Positions 63,195 through 64,000 of a stretch of DNA of 64,000 nucleotides are shown here, piece by piece (position 1 is the first letter of the stretch; every line of letters starts with the position of its first letter). The DNA comes from Mobula hypostoma (Eukaryota): positions 222,520,001 to 222,584,000 of the forward strand of contig NC_086097.1 of the NCBI RefSeq assembly GCF_963921235.1, written 5' to 3'. The translations under genes were made by a program, and so were the position numbers. Under the pieces are notes generated by a model, which ran no database searches, was not told the origin of the DNA, and worked only from the letters and a program-made list of their open reading frames with translations.

Positions 63195-64000
63195 AAATAT
63201 TGGTACCAATGACATAGGTAGGAAAATGGATGAGATGAATATAGGGAGTTAGGTAGAAATTTGAAAAGTAAGATCTCAAGGGTAGTAATCTCAGTTTGCT
63301 ACCTGTGCCACACAGCTGTGAAGATAAGAATACAATGATTTGGCAGTTGAATTCATAGCTGAGGAATTGGAGCAGGGGGCAGAATTTCAGATTTCAGAAT
63401 CATTGGGATCTCTTCTGGGGAAGATATGACCTTTACAAAATTGATGGGTTATATCTGAACTCGGGGACAATTTTCCTTGTGGGCAAGTTTGCTGGAGTTG
63501 TTGGGGAGAGTTTAAACTAATTTGGCAAGGTGCTGGGAACCAGAGTGATAGGGCTGAGGATGGGGCAGTTGGTGTATAAGTAGATGCACTAGTAGGGCTA
63601 TGAGGAAGGATAGACGGATGATACGGCAAAATTCCAATCAGCGGGATAAGTTGAAGTGTAACGTGGGGACAAATAGGCCAAAGCCAGCATGGTTTTCTAA
63701 AGGGCAAATCTTGCCTGACAAATCTGTTGGAATTCCTTAAAGAAATAATAGGTAGGAGAGACAAAGGAGAGTCAGTGGATATTGTTTACTTAGATGTTCA
63801 AACAGCTTTTGATAAGGTGCTGCACGTGAAGCTGGTAAGAGCCCATGGAATTACAAGAAAGATGATCCATGGATAGGAGAGTGACTGACTAGCAGGAGGC
63901 AAAGAGTGGGAATAAAGGGGGCTTTTTCTGGCTGGTTGCCGGTGATTAGTGGTGTTCAAAAGGGGTTGATACTGGGATCGGTTCTTTTCGTATAGAAACC
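63195..64000 (+). mobile_element. CR1 fragment: ORF1 esterase region joined directly to the RT region
   Basis: IGTNDIGRK at about 63198; QHGFLKGKSCLTNLLEF at about 63685. The endonuclease region is missing. Confidence 0.85.

Overview
Eukaryotic, repeat-dense, apparently intergenic or intronic DNA from a vertebrate. It is most likely a cartilaginous fish (inferred from V-SINE/HE1-like SINEs plus abundant CR1, Rex1/Babar and Penelope-like elements). I cannot support any host gene exon, rRNA, true tRNA or CRISPR array. Almost every recognisable ORF in the track is a fragment, or the antisense shadow, of a decayed retroelement. The window holds many CR1 LINEs (two near full length, one nested in another), Rex1/Babar LINEs, L1/Tx1 3' ends, Neptune-like Penelope elements (RT + GIY-YIG), several SINE families, a solo LTR, and Tc1, mariner and hAT non-autonomous DNA elements, often nested with readable target-site duplications (TSDs). 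The most interesting signals are RNA structures. (i) A ~550-bp CpG-rich non-coding retroelement (about 26045-26602) has a 5' end that folds by eye into an HDV-like double-pseudoknot ribozyme with an unusual hairpin inserted in L3, and it ends in a perfect stem-loop plus a (CAA)n tail. (ii) The Penelope terminal repeats carry minimal hammerhead ribozyme motifs (three intact, three decayed), including in a palindromic Penelope insertion with a 3x29-bp stutter at its inversion point. All calls were made by eye; boundaries without TSDs are approximate.
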